From Octopus vulgaris (Eukaryota), in the NCBI GenBank assembly GCA_951406725.2, contig OX597816.1:12896001-12960000 (forward strand): a stretch of DNA of 64,000 nucleotides, written 5' to 3'. The notes beneath the pieces were generated by a model that saw only the letters and a program-made list of their open reading frames with translations, did no database searches and had not been told where the DNA came from. How positions within the stretch are numbered: the stretch's first letter is position 1; each line of letters begins with the position of its first letter. Below, piece after piece: positions 12,677-28,299 of this stretch. Made by a program: the position numbers and the translations under genes.

Positions 12677-12856
12677 GATTTTCAAACAGCAGAAATTCCG
12701 ATATTACTTTTGCATGCACGAAACTCTCATTCCGAGACACATTTTCACTAGTGAAATCCTAAAATACATACACACACAGACAGACACATACGTCTATACG
12801 TATTTATATATGCATAATTGTGTATATATGTATATCTTCGTGACTTTCTTCTTCTT

Positions 12857-12964
12857 CGTGACCGACCAGACCATCATATGTTGCTACACATCGCTGGTCA
12901 CAACGCGTTCGCATTGTTTTAGCCTTCGAATGACGCCACCCCGCTGGCTAAGCGAGCAGGCCAA
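12857..12964 (-). mobile_element. SINE family C 3' fragment
   Basis: gtgaccgaccagaccatc..gccaccccgctggctaagcgagcagg, matching 27137 and 49421. Confidence 0.85.
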
Positions 12965-13633
12965 TATATGTATATATATATATATATATATTATATAGAG
13001 GGTACTATTATTTATAGGTACCGCACGCTAGGAGGGACTTTTGCAGTCAAAACTACTAAAATAAACAAATTGTACCGAATGCAAAACTTCAAAGCGAGTC
13101 ATTTAAAAACAGAATTTAGTTACATGTCACCTGTGATTTCTTAAATATATATATATATATATCTATATATATATATATATATATATATATGCATGTATAA
13201 CCGATAAGAAACGGCCGTAAGATATGTTACGTCACCTATTTTGTTATATCATGCTTTGTATGTAAAAACAAATAAGCTATAAATTTGGTCAAATCGATGT
13301 TTGTTAATCTGAGGTTTTCTCCATTTTCTGATTATTTGCATTGGTTCCTGATAAAGTCTTGTTTATCCTGTTGTTATCTGCATACCAATGCCCGAGGATA
13401 TTACGGGTAACAGATAGCGATAGTATATACGGATATTTTATCCCTTACTCGGTTATTATAACCGCTAACGACGCGCTTTTTCAGCTTCCGTTTTCCAAAC
13501 ACATTCACGAGGCTTTGGTCGGCCCTGGGCTACAGTAGAAGACAGTTGCCCAAGGAGCCGCACAGTGGGACTGAACCTGGAAATATGTGATCGGGAAGCA
13601 AAGTTCTTACCACACAGCCATGCCTGCTCCTAT

Positions 13634-14514
13634 ATATATTAATAAATAAAACATATTCATATATATATATACATATATGTACGTACCTACCTCTACATGT
13701 ATATATACACGCATATATGGGTACAGGACACCAAAAAAACGTCGAACACAATGAGAAACGAAAACATAAACACAAAACCAAGGAACTGAACATTAAACAA
13801 CAAAAAATAGAGTACAAATAACACAAGGAAAATTCCCCTTCTTCAGTCGCCATGGTTTCATCTACTCTGCGTTTCGAAGGTGAAGGCGATACGCATCTTC
13901 GATAGAAAATTTTCTTCCTGCGAAAAGCAAATTAAATAAAATTTGAGATCTTTTTGCAGAGGGGTAAAAATGGTAACAAAAACAGGACAGTAACGACAGT
14001 AACGACAGTACAAAATATAAACAGTAAAAGACAGGACAAGGAGAATTACAAGACAAGAAGGGCTGTTAAGCCGAACGAAAAAAAGGATTACGAACGCTAT
14101 TTTTGAGGACGGCGAAGGTGCAAAGAAAATGCCGTCCACAATTCAAGGAAATGAGGCCAGAAAGACAGTAGCAGAGCTCTCGTCGCAGGTTAACGGCGGG
14201 AAGGAGGAGGAGGAGCAAGAGAAAGAAAGAGAAAAAAAGGGAATGGTTGTGAGGAAACCAGAAAGAATGAAGAATGAGAGAGAGGGAGATAGAGAAAGGG
14301 AGAAACAGTAAAGTAGAAGAAAAGGAAACCAGAAAGAATGAAGGCTGAGAAAGGGAGGGGACGGAAAGGTCAAAAGTGCGCATCATTATTAATATCAAGA
14401 ACAATCTTACTTAGAAAGAGATGCGTGCGTTCCGTCATATAATATATTAATAAATAAAACATATGCATATATATATATACATATATGTACGTACCTACCT
14501 CTACATGTATATAT
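13634..14514 (-). mobile_element. Probable Penelope-like element fragment bounded by ~73-bp direct repeats
   Basis: atatattaataaataaaacatat..gtacgtacctacctctacatgtatata occurs at ~13634 and ~14442. The interior is purine-rich, with a weak GAAACG/CTGAAGA ribozyme-like signal on the minus strand. Confidence 0.5.
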
Positions 14515-15342
14515 ATATATATAATCACAGTTTCTAGCTAAAACACCTCAGAGAATATATACATAGCGTTGTAGAACAGGCTGTATTTGATCCACTAATA
14601 TAGCTTGGAAATCACTTTGAAGCTTATATTTCTAAAATTCCCATCAATCCCTGATAGATCTGATTCAGGTGAAACATGACCGACAACTGGGTTACAGATG
14701 AAAGGAATACAGATTATGTACCTTAATTATTGGATCTGATGATAGTCATGCTAAATTAGTCATCGTGTAAATGAATGATTAAGTGATTAATTGATCAGAT
14801 GTTTGATAGATCGGTTTAACTGTTGCATAGACTATTCGCAATCTTCAGCGAAGAAAGGAGTTCCATATTGATCACGTGATAAACTGTTACATTTGCCTAT
14901 TGAGTATGAGCAATTCTTTTATGAAATCAATGATTAACTGAAAGACTAATTAATCACATTAGGCGCACTATTGATCGAAGGCTTCTATAGTATTGATTGT
15001 GTGGGTGTTTGTGTGTGAATTTTTGACTGTGCGAGTGTGTGTGTGTGTGTATGTGAGTATGGTATGATTGTGTATGTATACCGTTTATCTTTTGGTTTTT
15101 TCCGTCATCGGATTGTGCCCATGCTGGAGCATCGTCTTTAAAGGGGTTTGGTCGAACAAGTCGACACCACTACTTACATTATACATTTTACTTATTCCGT
15201 CGGTCTATTTTTGCGAAACCAGCAGGCTACAGGGAATTAAAACAAACCAATACCGGTTGCCTAGCGATGGTGGAAGGGACACACACACGCGCGCGCGCAC
15301 ACATACATATATACACACGCACACACGCACATATATATAATT

Positions 15343-15863
15343 TATATACAGCAGGTTGCGATGTTTCACCAAAAAGAAGTATCATAATTGTCACTAAATG
15401 TGACTAGGGTGTTAAGAAACGCCTATATTGCTAGAAATAGCAGCTAAAATGTTCTAATTGTGCAGCTAACGCACATGATTGAGAACATATATGTACACTA
15501 ATAGGGAACTCAATCGTCCAAAAAGTGTCGATCGAGAATTCTTAATATTGACCTCAATTTCAGTAGTTTCCGTTGCCTCATCAGTTAAGCCCGCTCGATC
15601 TCAGTTTTGCTTGTTTGTTTGTTTGTGTTTTTTTTTTTGGCCTTGCTTCTCTATTAGTATATATGTTTTTGTCATCCAAATTAATGGATGATTTAGCGAT
15701 TCGCTAATGTGCATACATAAAATCAATGTATAAACAGCAGGTTGCGATGTATCACCAAAAATGAGAATTAAAATGGCCACCAAATGTGACTAGGATGTTA
15801 GAAAATACCTACATTGCTAGAAATAAGAGCTAAAATGCTTTAATTATGTACTTAACGTACATG
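15343..15863. repeat. Diverged direct repeat (~135 bp, period ~386)
   Basis: cagcaggttgcgatgt..aaatgtgactagg..ttgctagaaata..gctaaaatg occurs twice. Confidence 0.8.
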
Positions 15864-17391
15864 AATAAAAATGTGTATGCGGGAAGGACATACATTCAGC
15901 CACCGTCTACCAAATTTATTCATAAGGCAAGGTGATGCGCTTTGGAACTGAACCCCTCACCACTTGGCTGCAAAACTGCAAATCGGGCGTCTTAACCACA
16001 CAGCCGTATATAATCTACGTTGATAGTTTCTTCAATATGGTAACTCAGCATAAGTATTTCAAAATTCCTTCTTTTAAATTCCCTTTTCTCTTAACAACGA
16101 GAGTCGGCTCCATGAATTAAGAGCTTCAATGCCTTCACAAATTCCAACGATATTTAATATTCCAAAGCAGCACAAGCACCATTTCTCTGGGCTCGCGTAT
16201 ATCTACTAAGTATATTAGGGCTGTAACGTCCTCCATCTTTGATGTCAACAACTGACTAACATATTAAGAATTATTTCTCATCAAAGGTGTTTCTGGGCAA
16301 CCTTAATGTCTTCAACCAATCTTTTAGTCCTGAATTTACAAAAATAAGTCGTTTGTCAATTTGCTTTTAAGCGCTGTTTACATCCTTCAAGATGACAAAC
16401 TTTCAATTCTTTAGTTACCAAGCAACTTAACGCCGTATCATCCCGTATATTTCACAATGTTTTTAGTTTTTTTGTATGTATTTTACTTGTATGTATGTGT
16501 GTATGTATGTGTGTTTGTGTGTGAGAGAGATGTAAGGATGTATGTGATTGTGTGTGTAAGTGTGGGCGTGTGTATGCTTACTTTTCCAATTTCTTTCCTC
16601 GTGAACAAAAACATGGGTAAATAATGGATTAGTTCGCACATTTATATATCTTCTTCTCAAGGAGACATCACCGCAATAACCACCCCTCTCATCATCATCA
16701 TCATCATCAACATCATCGTCATCGTTGTCGCTATCGTCATCATCGCCGTCGTCGTCATCGTCGTCCTTGTTTTCGTTGTCATTCTCGTTGATGACGCGAA
16801 AATATGGCTAAAATATTTATCGTTTTCGCATTAGGTATCATCAGCCACATAAGTATAATTATCAACATGATGATGAAGATAATTACAATGCGGCATGCAC
16901 TCATCATCATCATCATCATCATAGTCATTATCACGATCATCATCATCTACAGAATTCTCAATGACTTTACTATTGTCTCCGCCGCCATCGCTGCTACCGC
17001 CACCACTGTCACCACTTCGACAAACGCCAATGCTGCCACCACAACCACTACCACCACCACCCTCATCTTGCTCATCGCGTACATCACATTCTGCTGTTAT
17101 TGTTGTTGTTGGATAGCCTTATAGGTAAAAACAATCCAGCCGTGGCTGTGCCATATGTTCTAGCTCGTACAAAACATATAATATGTTTACATCAACAATA
17201 TCAGGACTTTCCTTTAGTTTATAATTTCAAAACTATAGCAGTGTAATTTCAAAGAGAGCTGCTATTTCTAGCAAGGCGAGCGATTGCGTAGGTTCACATT
17301 CATAACTAATGTTTGCAATATAAACGCAATCATTGTAGTTATAATGAAGACTGTCTTGTTGTTGTTGTTATTATTATCATCATCATCATCA

Positions 17392-17430
<39 letters not shown>

Positions 17431-17431
<1 letters not shown>

Positions 17432-17570
17432 TGAGTCAGAGAGTAGTGCATGCCATTAAATTAACAATGAGGCAAAATATACTGGGGTAAAAATGATTCA
17501 AATATACCCATCGTAACTAACCGTCTGATATTGGTAGAACACGTCCATGCATACCAGCCTCTTTTCTCCA
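17431..17570 (-). mobile_element. Short 3'-end fragment of a retroelement in (ATT)n, same family as 32310-32892
   Basis: Reverse complement ends ..ctctctgactcaata, similar to ..ctctctcactcaataat at ~32890. Confidence 0.5.
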
Positions 17571-17594
17571 CGCTACCGATGTTGTTGTTGTTGA

Positions 17595-17693
<99 letters not shown>

Positions 17694-17788
17694 ATAGTTA
17701 TATTTTTATAGCGTGCTTTCACTTCACTACCGAGCGCAGCTCTGTGTGCCTTGGGTATGTGCTGTGATTTGTTGTGATGCTCTGGTGG

Positions 17789-18964
17789 TTATTGTATGGA
17801 AAGTGTTCTGCGTAGGATGTGTGCAGTGCCTAGTAGTGCAATTTTCTGTATGTTATATGTGTTTGTAAGTCCTGGTGTTTTTTGTTATGTATTTGTCTGA
17901 ATATTTTTTTATCATGCCTAATGCACCTACTATGATAGGAATTGTTTCTGTTTTTAGATTCCATATTCTGGTTACCTCCATTTCCAGGTCTTTGTATTTT
18001 GAAAGTTTCTCCATTTCTTTTAGAGAAAGTTGTCATCTGACGGTATTGATACATCAATTAGAAAGCATTTTTTTCCTCCATGATCTCTGACAACTATATC
18101 TGGTCTGTTGGCCTTAATTTCTCTATCTTTCTGTATCGGCATATCCCAGAGTATGGTTGCTTTCTCATTTTCTGTGACCTTTTCTGGTGTGTGCCTATAC
18201 CATCTTTTTTCTGTTGTTATTCCATAATGTTGGCATAGCTTCCAGTGTATGTAGGTTCCAACTCTGTCATGTTTGTGAATATATTCCTTCTTAGCCAGGA
18301 CTGGGCAGCCAGAGATAATATGATTTATTGTTTCTTGTCCATCTTCACATAATCTGCAGTTACTTGTTATATTTCTTTTCATTACATGTTTTTGGTAATT
18401 TCTGGTGGGGAGGCTTTGGTCTTGTGCTGCAATTAAAAATCCCTCTGTTTCTGCTTTGAGTCCTGAGCTTCTCAACCATTGCTGGGATTTTTCTTTGTCT
18501 ATTTCTTTTGCATTTAGTTTAGTCCAGTATTTACCGTGGAGGGGTTTTTCTTGCCATCGTTTTATTATGGTTCTTTGCTGTTCTAGTTTTAGTTTGGATT
18601 TCATTTGTTTTATAGCTTTTGTTGTTTCTTCATCATCTTCTTCTTCTTCTTCTTCTTCTTCTTCTTCTTCTTCTTCTTCTTCTTCTTCTTCTTCTTCTTC
18701 TTCTTCTTCGTGTTTATTAGGTGGTATGATTTCTTGTTTGTATTTGTCAGCTTCCTTAAATACTGAGAACAGTTTTTTGCTTTGCTCGTGTTTTGCCACT
18801 ATTTGTATCAGTTTTCCTTCCTTCTGAAGTAGATATTTTTGCAGTCCTATGGTGGTTATTTTATAGTAGTTTTCCAGCTGTATAAGGCCTCTACCACCTT
18901 CTATACGTTGTATATATAGTATTTCTATGTCAGATTTTGGGTGATGCATCCTAGACCCTGTCAT
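17789..18964 (-). pseudogene. C-terminal CCHC and RLE region of the Dong-like LINE, with an in-frame (GAA)n poly-Glu tract
   Basis: Track ORF 18020..18964, continuing after a frameshift as KEMEKLSKYKDL..GALG..LLGTAHILR. Confidence 0.9.
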
Positions 18965-19245
18965 TATTTTTCTTGTTTTCCTATCTATTTTGGTCAGTTC
19001 ATTTAGTGTCCAGTTAGGGATATTGTAGCTGTAACTTATAACTGTTAATACCTATCATCTTGTTTTTAGCATTGAGCTCTGTTTTTAGTATTGATCTAAC
19101 TCGTCTATAATATTCTTTTTTTATTTTCTCTTTCATTTGTGTGTGTTGTGTCTTATCTAGTTCATGGATTCCTAAGTATTTATAAGTTTGGCTTTCGTCT
19201 AATTCTTTTATTTCATTGGTTTTATCTAGTGTGATGTTGCTACTA

Positions 19246-20170
19246 TTAACTAGTTTTTCTCTTTTCATGGTTACTTTGGCGCATTTTTTCTAATCCAAAT
19301 TTCATATCTATTTCTATGGTAAATCCATGAACTGTCTTTAATAGTGTTTCTAGCAGTTTGTCATTTGCAGCGTATAGTTTTAGGTCATCCATATATAAAA
19401 GGTGGCTGATCGTTTTGCCGTAACATTTATATCCACATCCAGTTCTATTTAGCATATCAGATAGAGGTAACAGTGCCAAGCCGAAAAGGAGTGGAGAGAG
19501 CGTGTCTCCCTGGAATATTCCTCTTCTAATGGGGATGTCTTTGGTTTTCATGAGTCCTTCTTTTGTTTGGAGCTGTAGCACTATTTGCCATTTATTCATA
19601 GAGTGCCCAAGGAATTTTATGATTGTAAGTGCTAATTTGTTAATGGCTAGTGTTTCGAGGATCCATGTGTGGGGGATGCTATCAAACGCCTTTCTGTAGT
19701 CAATCCAGACCATACTGAGGCCTTTCTTCTTTCTGTGGCTGTCTTCATTTATGACTTTATTGATCATTAGTTGATCTTTACAGCCGTATGAGCCTTTGCG
19801 GCATCCTTTCTGCTCTTCTGGAAACAGGTTGTTTTCGTCTAGGTGCTTGTTCAACCTTTGCGATATCACTGCAGTAAATGCCTTGTACATCGTAGGGAGA
19901 CAGGTTATTGGTCTGTAGTTTTCTGGTTTTGCTGTCTCATTTGATTTGGGAATTAAGATGGTTTTCCCCTTCGTGAGCCATTCAGGCATTGTCTCTGGCT
20001 CTGCTAGTATGTTGTTAAAATTTTCAGCCACCTTTTTGTGCATTCCTGTTAGATATATCAACCAGAAGTTGGGGATCTTGTCATGCCCAGGTGCCTTCCA
20101 GTTGCTTAGTCTTTGCAGTGCCTGGGTGACCTCTTCAGTTGTTATGGGGGTCCAAAGTTGCTCAGATGCT
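19246..20170 (-). pseudogene. Reverse-transcriptase domain of the Dong-like LINE
   Basis: Track ORF 19246..20061, extended upstream by ..NWKAPGHDKIPNFW. Frameshift near 19270. Confidence 0.92.
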
Positions 20171-20172
20171 GA

Positions 20173-20498
<326 letters not shown>

Positions 20499-20512
20499 TA
20501 TTATTATTATTA

Positions 20513-20585
<73 letters not shown>

Positions 20586-20613
20586 TATTATTATCATTAT
20601 CATTATAATAATA

Positions 20614-20666
<53 letters not shown>

Positions 20667-21289
20667 CACTATTATTATTATATTCATCATCATCATCATC
20701 ATCATCATCCTCATCTTGACGTTGCTATTGATTATGTTGTTGCTGTTGTTGATGTTGATACAAGTTTTCCTTTATGATATTTATGTGCAACATATTCACA
20801 CGTACACAGGTGCACACGATGCACACGCACGCACATTCACCGACAAACACTCCAGACGCTTATCGCTTATTCGATTTCTACTCAACGTCCAATTATTTCC
20901 CTGGTACATATATTTTAACCGGAAGCTGGAGTTGTTATGGGTAATAAAAGTTAAATGTCTTCACTCCAGTCCAGTTTCCGTCACGCAAAGCACCATAGCG
21001 TTCTGCTTGAGTGTATCTTTAATGCTTTTCTTGCATCTAGCTACTGTTTTTACTCTTAAGAATACTTTCTATGCCGGACAAAATGCTTAGTGACATTTCA
21101 TCCGACTTTATGTCCTGAGTTCAAATTCCGCCAGAGTTACTTTGCCGTTTCATCTTTTTGGTATACTCTTTTCTATTCTAGGCACAAGGCCCCAAATTTT
21201 TTTTTTCTTTTTTTTTTTTTTGGTGGGGGCAACTGGTACTCAATTTACCGACCCCGAAAGGACGAAATTGAAGAACTGGAAAAAATAGC

Positions 21290-21905
21290 ACTACATAAAT
21301 ACATGCATACATACATACATACATACATACATACATACATACATACATACATACATACATACATACATACATACATACATACATACATACATACATACAT
21401 ACATACATACATACATACATACATACATACATGTAAAAAGCTGTAAGATTTTCCAGAAATTTCTCATTTAAATATATATGAGCATGTCTAGATATGCAAC
21501 TATATGCAGAAGAATACATACATAAATCAAAACATACACATCTGCACATATACATACATACATACACACATACATACATACACACATACATACATACATA
21601 CATACATACATACATACATACATACATACATACATACATACATACATACGTACATACATACATACATACACACACATTCATACATACATACAAACAAACA
21701 AACCAGTTGTTGGTGTTGAAATTCCAGTGAAAGAACTTTGGATCTGGGTTAGAAACCGGCTCTTTCTCTATTGGCAAGAAATCTTGAAATAAAACTGAAT
21801 AATGACATACATACATATGTACGTACATACATACATACACACATGCATACATACACACATACATACATATATACATACACACACATGCATACATACATAC
21901 ATACG
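21290..21905. repeat. (ATAC)n microsatellite cluster
   Basis: Direct reading. Confidence 0.95.
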
Positions 21906-22472
21906 TTCGTACGTACGTATGTATAAATTTACATACCTACATAAATATGCCTGTGTATATGTGAGTTCGTGTGTGTATGTGTAGGTATGTATGCATATTT
22001 ATATTTATATAGATGAATCAGCAGGGTTTGCTTCCTTCTTTTAATTCTTATATTTCTATATTTGCTTTACAACCTAAGAACCAGCGATTCCAGAGTTAAT
22101 TTCAGGTGACATCTCTGAATCTCTTCTGCAAACATTAGAAGAGTTTGTTTTTTTTCTTAGAATTTCCTTTTTCCCTTCTTCAAATAAAGTCGCCTGATTT
22201 TATATGATTTCAATATTCTCTGGTAGTGCAAGATTAAACGGGAAATAGCTGATTTTAAAAACTGGTAAACAAACAGTGTAGGATTTCTCTAGATGCATTA
22301 AGTGTCTTAGTCTGAAGAATTAAGAAAATATTTACAGAGCGAAAGCAGGCAAGACGAAATGATAGAATATACAGGGCGACGAAAACCAAATTCAAGAAAT
22401 TTTCCACTACTTCATTCCTCACAGCCACAAACACATATATATACTCACACAAGTATGTGCACGTTTATTTAT

Positions 22473-22554
<82 letters not shown>

Positions 22555-22638
22555 GTCTGTCTGTCTGTCTGTCTATCGGCATGTATGTATGCATGTGTAT
22601 ACGCATATATACATGCATATGTGTGTATATATATATGC

Positions 22639-22731
<93 letters not shown>

Positions 22732-22779
22732 CATACTCACACATACAGTCACGAACGCGCGAATATATATGTATAAACG

Positions 22780-22817
<38 letters not shown>

Positions 22818-23484
22818 GATACATATTTGCACAAACATATATATACACACACATATATATATATGTATATGTATATACGTATGTATGCATGTATACACAC
22901 ACATATTTAGATAGCTACACATACATATCGATATATATCTATATATAATGAATACAAATACATATATGTGTGTGTTTGTATATATGCGTGTGTGTGTATA
23001 CATATGTGTTTGTAAGTGTGTGTGTGTGTGTGTGTATTTATACACACATACACACACAACTATACGGTTGTCATGACAAAAGTATTTCTCCCTGAAATGG
23101 CCATGATAATCTGCTACGTGCAAAGGCCTCTCTCCCCAACTGTTCTCCATTTTTCGCATTCTAACAGCCAACAGCTAAAGCACCAGTTCAACAGAGAGGC
23201 ATCAATGTGCGCCAATACAGTACATCAATAATTATTTTTGTTCCTCTGCGGTATGTGAGTCTGAGATAAATTCTAAACAGAACGTCAAATACGTTAGGAT
23301 TTCGATCGCAGGAGATAAGTTTCGGTGCCGCCCACGCATGGAAAATCAATTTCCTGTTACGGTGCCAAGTGCGTTCGAAGAATTAGTCTTAATTTCATGC
23401 ATTCGATATAATACATGTTCAAGCTTCATGTAAAGACAGCATCAATTCTTTTTAATGTCTGTATCTTTTCTTCTTATTTCCCAT

Positions 23485-23489
23485 GCATC

Positions 23490-23547
<58 letters not shown>

Positions 23548-23725
23548 CCACCATTATTGTAATCATCATCATCATCATCATCACAATAATTATCGTAATC
23601 ATCATCATCATCATCATCATCATCACAATAATTACAGTAATTATCATCACCATCATCATCATCATCCTCATCACAATAATTATCGTAATCATCATCACAA
23701 TAATTATCATCATCATCATCATGAT
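23485..23725. repeat. (CAT)n-rich degenerate trinucleotide repeat
   Basis: Direct reading; it gives rise to the poly-H/I/D/M ORFs in the track. Confidence 0.95.
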
Positions 23726-23769
23726 CACCCCTCCCACACACACACTGTACCATGATAATTACAATAACG

Positions 23770-24115
23770 ATTTCAAATTTTGGATCAGCGCCAGTAAGTT
23801 CGGAGTCCGGTAGGGATGGTGTGGGGTGAGTTGAATCGATTATATCGAACCCCTGTGCTCAACTGGTACTTATTTTATCGACCCCGAAAGAATGAAAAGC
23901 GAAGTCGACCTCGGTAGAATTTGAACTCAAAGCATAAAGACAGATGGGGAGGGGTTTAATGCGATTACATCGACCCCAATGCCTCACTAGTACTTAATTT
24001 ATCAACCCCGAAAGGATGAAAGGCAAAAACAGCTTAGGTAGAATTTGAACTTAGAGCATAAATACGGACGAAATGCCGCTAAGAATTTTGTCCGGTGTGC
24101 TAAAGATTCTGACAG
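23770..24115 (-). mobile_element. Diverged SINE family B dimer
   Basis: Two tcgaccccgaaaggatgaaagg..aatttgaact bodies. Confidence 0.75.
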
Positions 24116-24149
24116 GGCAAGGAAAACATTACCCACACTTTGTATTGGT

Positions 24150-24333
24150 TGGCCGCCCTGCCTTCAGCGCATGCGTGCCGAAAGGCGGTACTCTTGTAGT
24201 TAAGTAACCGAGCTTTGGCCTTGATCGCTCCATTTGTCTTCTTTATGTTACAGAGTAAACATGTCTGCTCCGCTTACATTGTGCACCAAGGAAGAACTGA
24301 GATCAGTGACCCGATTTCTCTGGTTTGAACGCG

Positions 24334-24334
<1 letters not shown>
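24150..24334 (+). pseudogene. Mariner transposon 5' fragment (transposase N-terminus)
   Basis: MSAPLTLCTKEELRSVTRFLWFERV matches the mariner N-terminal motif CTKEEQRSVIRFLW.EGV. Confidence 0.7.
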
Positions 24335-25001
<667 letters not shown>

Positions 25002-25300
25002 AAAGGCTCAGAATCAGATGGATTCGAAGTGTTTTTTGATAAAACATTTAAAACGCTTCCCCAGCCGAATCGGTAATCCTCCGAATCAATGTCTGATGCC
25101 GAGAAGAAGTTTGCTGAAAATGGTTGGCAGAAGAACGAACAAAATTTAATTACGAAAGATGCAAAGAAAAGTCATTCGGTGAGAATTTCCCGACCAATTA
25201 CTTGACTTGAATGTTTTATGTAAGTGAAATTCTCAGATAAAACACAAACATTTGATGCAGAAGAAACGTAACAGAGAAGTGAAGTGAAGTGAAGTGAATA

Positions 25301-25714
25301 GGCGCAGGAGTGGCTGTGTGGTAAGTAGCTTGCTTACCAACCACATGGTTCCGGGGTTCAGTCCCACTGCGTGGTACCTTGAGCAAGTGTCTTCTACTAT
25401 AGCCTCGGGCCGACCAATGCCTTGTGAGTGGATTTGGTAGACGGAAACTGAAAGAAGCCCGTCGTATATATGTATATATATTATGAGCGTGTGTGTTTGT
25501 GTGTCTGTGTTTGTCCTCCTAGCATTGCTTGACAACCGATGCTGGTGTGTTTATGTCCCCGTCACTTAGCGGTTCGGCAAAATAGACCGGTAGAATAAGT
25601 ACTGGGCTTACAAAGAATAAGTCCCGCGGTCGATTTGCTCGATTAAAGGTGGTGCTCCAGCATGGCCGCAGTCAAATGACTGAAACAAGTAAAAGAGTAA
25701 AAGAGTAAAAGAGT
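25301..25714 (+). mobile_element. SINE family A, full length
   Basis: GGCGCAGGAGTGGCTGTGTGG head through the (GTAAAAGA)n tail. Confidence 0.93.
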
Positions 25715-26301
25715 AGTCAGACAGAGTGACAGGGTGTCCGTGTGAACTAATCAATGAGCGATGATCAATGCCAACGCTAAATCTTATGCACACGGCAAAT
25801 ATAGTTTATTCGAAATAGTTAAATTAATTTGAAGCTTAAATTACCCAATTTGATATTTAAATAAGTGACCGAATAATCAAGAGGTTGTTTTCCTTAATTA
25901 ATTATGTTAACAAAGAGTTTTGTATCTTAATGCAGTTATTTAAATATTTAATGACACCTTGCATTAATGAACAGGTGAAGTTTAGTCTGACCGTATATGA
26001 AGTAGTAACTATTCCTTCCCAGTTTTGGCACAAAGCCAGCAATTTCGGGTGTGATGTAAGTCTATTACACCGACCCCGGTAATCAACCGGTTCTTAAAAT
26101 ACATTTTAAGTTATCCTTATAGATTTTCTGGAAAATAATCCGTAGAAATGACCTTAATACGGGATTTACATGCACTGCTAACACAGTGGTACTCGGCACT
26201 GACTTATAAAAACGTTTAATATATCTTGTAAAATATTATGATTACATAACGAAACACAGTGTGTCTACAAGTCAGTTAGTTTAATCAGAAACGGAATACA
26301 A

Positions 26302-26719
26302 GGTGCGGCTGTGTGGTAAGTAGCTTGCTAAACAACCACATGGTTCCGGGTTCAGTCCCACTGCGTGGCATCTTGGGCAAGTGTCTTCTGCTATAGCCCC
26401 GGGCCGATCAATGCCTTATGAGTGGATTTGGTAGACGGAAACTGAAAGAAGCCTGTCGTATATATGTATATATATATATATATATGTATTATGTATGTGT
26501 GTTTGTGTGTCTGTGTTTGTCCCCCTAGCATTGCTTGACAAACGATGCTGGTGTGTTTACGTCCTCGTCACTTAGCGGTTCGGCAAAAAGAGACCGATAG
26601 AATAAGTAATGGGCTTACAAAGAATAAGTCCCGGGGTCGATTTGCTCGACTACAGGTGGTGCTCCAGCATGGCCGCAGTCAAATGACTGAAACAAGTAAA
26701 AGAGTAAAAGAGTAAGAGT
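26302..26719 (+). mobile_element. SINE family A, near full length
   Basis: Same layout as 25301. Confidence 0.93.
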
Positions 26720-27136
26720 ATCCAAAAATTAAGATAACAGGAAAACCCACTGATGCACTTAAAACTTTATCTCTGACTTTTTAAAAAAAAACTTTATCGT
26801 AACTAATACTACTAAACTTGCTATCATCGATGGGTGTTATGATTTGATCTTATATTACTGTCGATCTCTGTGAAACTCACTGGAATTTCTATCTACATTT
26901 GATCTGGTAAACATTTTTGTTCCGAATATTCAGTCCTTACTTTAAACTTTACAAACCCATTAGTTAGTTATTTATTTATTTATTTAAAAATAATGTTGAT
27001 AAAAAAAAAGAATTATCGAACCCGGTTTCGTATTTACATAAATCTATTTCATATTTTAAAAACGACTACACGTTATGAGATTCAAGTGCATTTTCAAACC
27101 CTAAAGCAACATATATCTATATATACATACGTATAT

Positions 27137-27347
27137 ATCACTGTGACCGACCAGGCTATCAGATGTTGCTACACATCACTGGTCACAATGCGATTCGCAC
27201 TGTTTTAGCCTTCAAATGACGCCACCCCGCTGGCTAAGCGAGCAGGTCAACAAAAGAAAGTGTGGGAGAAAGTTGTGGCGAAAGAGTACAGCATGGATCG
27301 TTACGACCGAGTGTCCGCTGCCCCAACCACTGGACCATTGCGCCCCC
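27137..27347 (-). mobile_element. SINE family C, internally deleted
   Basis: Head and tail of family C, with the middle segment absent. Confidence 0.85.
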
Positions 27348-28299
27348 ACACATACACACACACACACGCACGCACACACACACACACACGCACGCACACA
27401 CACACATATATATATATCTATATATATCTATATCTATATATATATATATATATATATACACGCACACACATATGTATCAATATATATGTATGAACATATG
27501 TACGTACGTATGAGTGTGTATGTATATATATATATGTAGGAAGAATTTCCCAACCTACAAGAGAATCATTACAGAAATACACCGCGGTGTGTAAAGTGTT
27601 GAACCCTGGCTAAAGCCGAAGTATAGAATCACGTCTTTTTTTTTTCAGCATCCCGGCAATTCTTTAATATTTCGCAATGTAAGCCATATAAGTCCATATG
27701 TCTTTGTATCTTTATTCATTTTGTTTTATTTTTATTTTTTTGTCATTCATGTTTCTTTTAGCACCGAAATGTTCTCAGCTTTGCACTGCTGTTAGGTGTG
27801 AAACAATAAAATCTAACATCTCTCGCCACAGAATATGTTATTATCCTTTGTGAAGTTCAACGGAATAAATGAATTAGCGACTATAAAATAAAAAGGAAAA
27901 AACCGTCATTTATGAATTAGTAAAGGCTCTGCCAGTTACAAGTATTGGATACAGGCACTGAGGTTTTATTTCCGTGTATATTGAAGTATATTGGTGCTAA
28001 TTTGTATGTAAGAGAACTGAGCAAATTTTAATGCCTGGTTATAGTTTTTTTTCAGCTCTTTCAAGTTTACGACATCAAAATCTTTCTGTAAACGATGACT
28101 TTCACTTCTGTCGGTTTAGTCATAGTCAGAAACATAGTAAAGATTATTTAATTTCTTGTGGCTGATCTATAAACATTAACCAGAGTTATATTTTAAAAGA
28201 AACGTGCGATGTATCGAGAGAAAAGACTATGGCTAGTTTGGTAAAATTGTAAAGCTAAAGGAGCAGCAATAACATGGCATAATAATAAAGTCAAATAAG

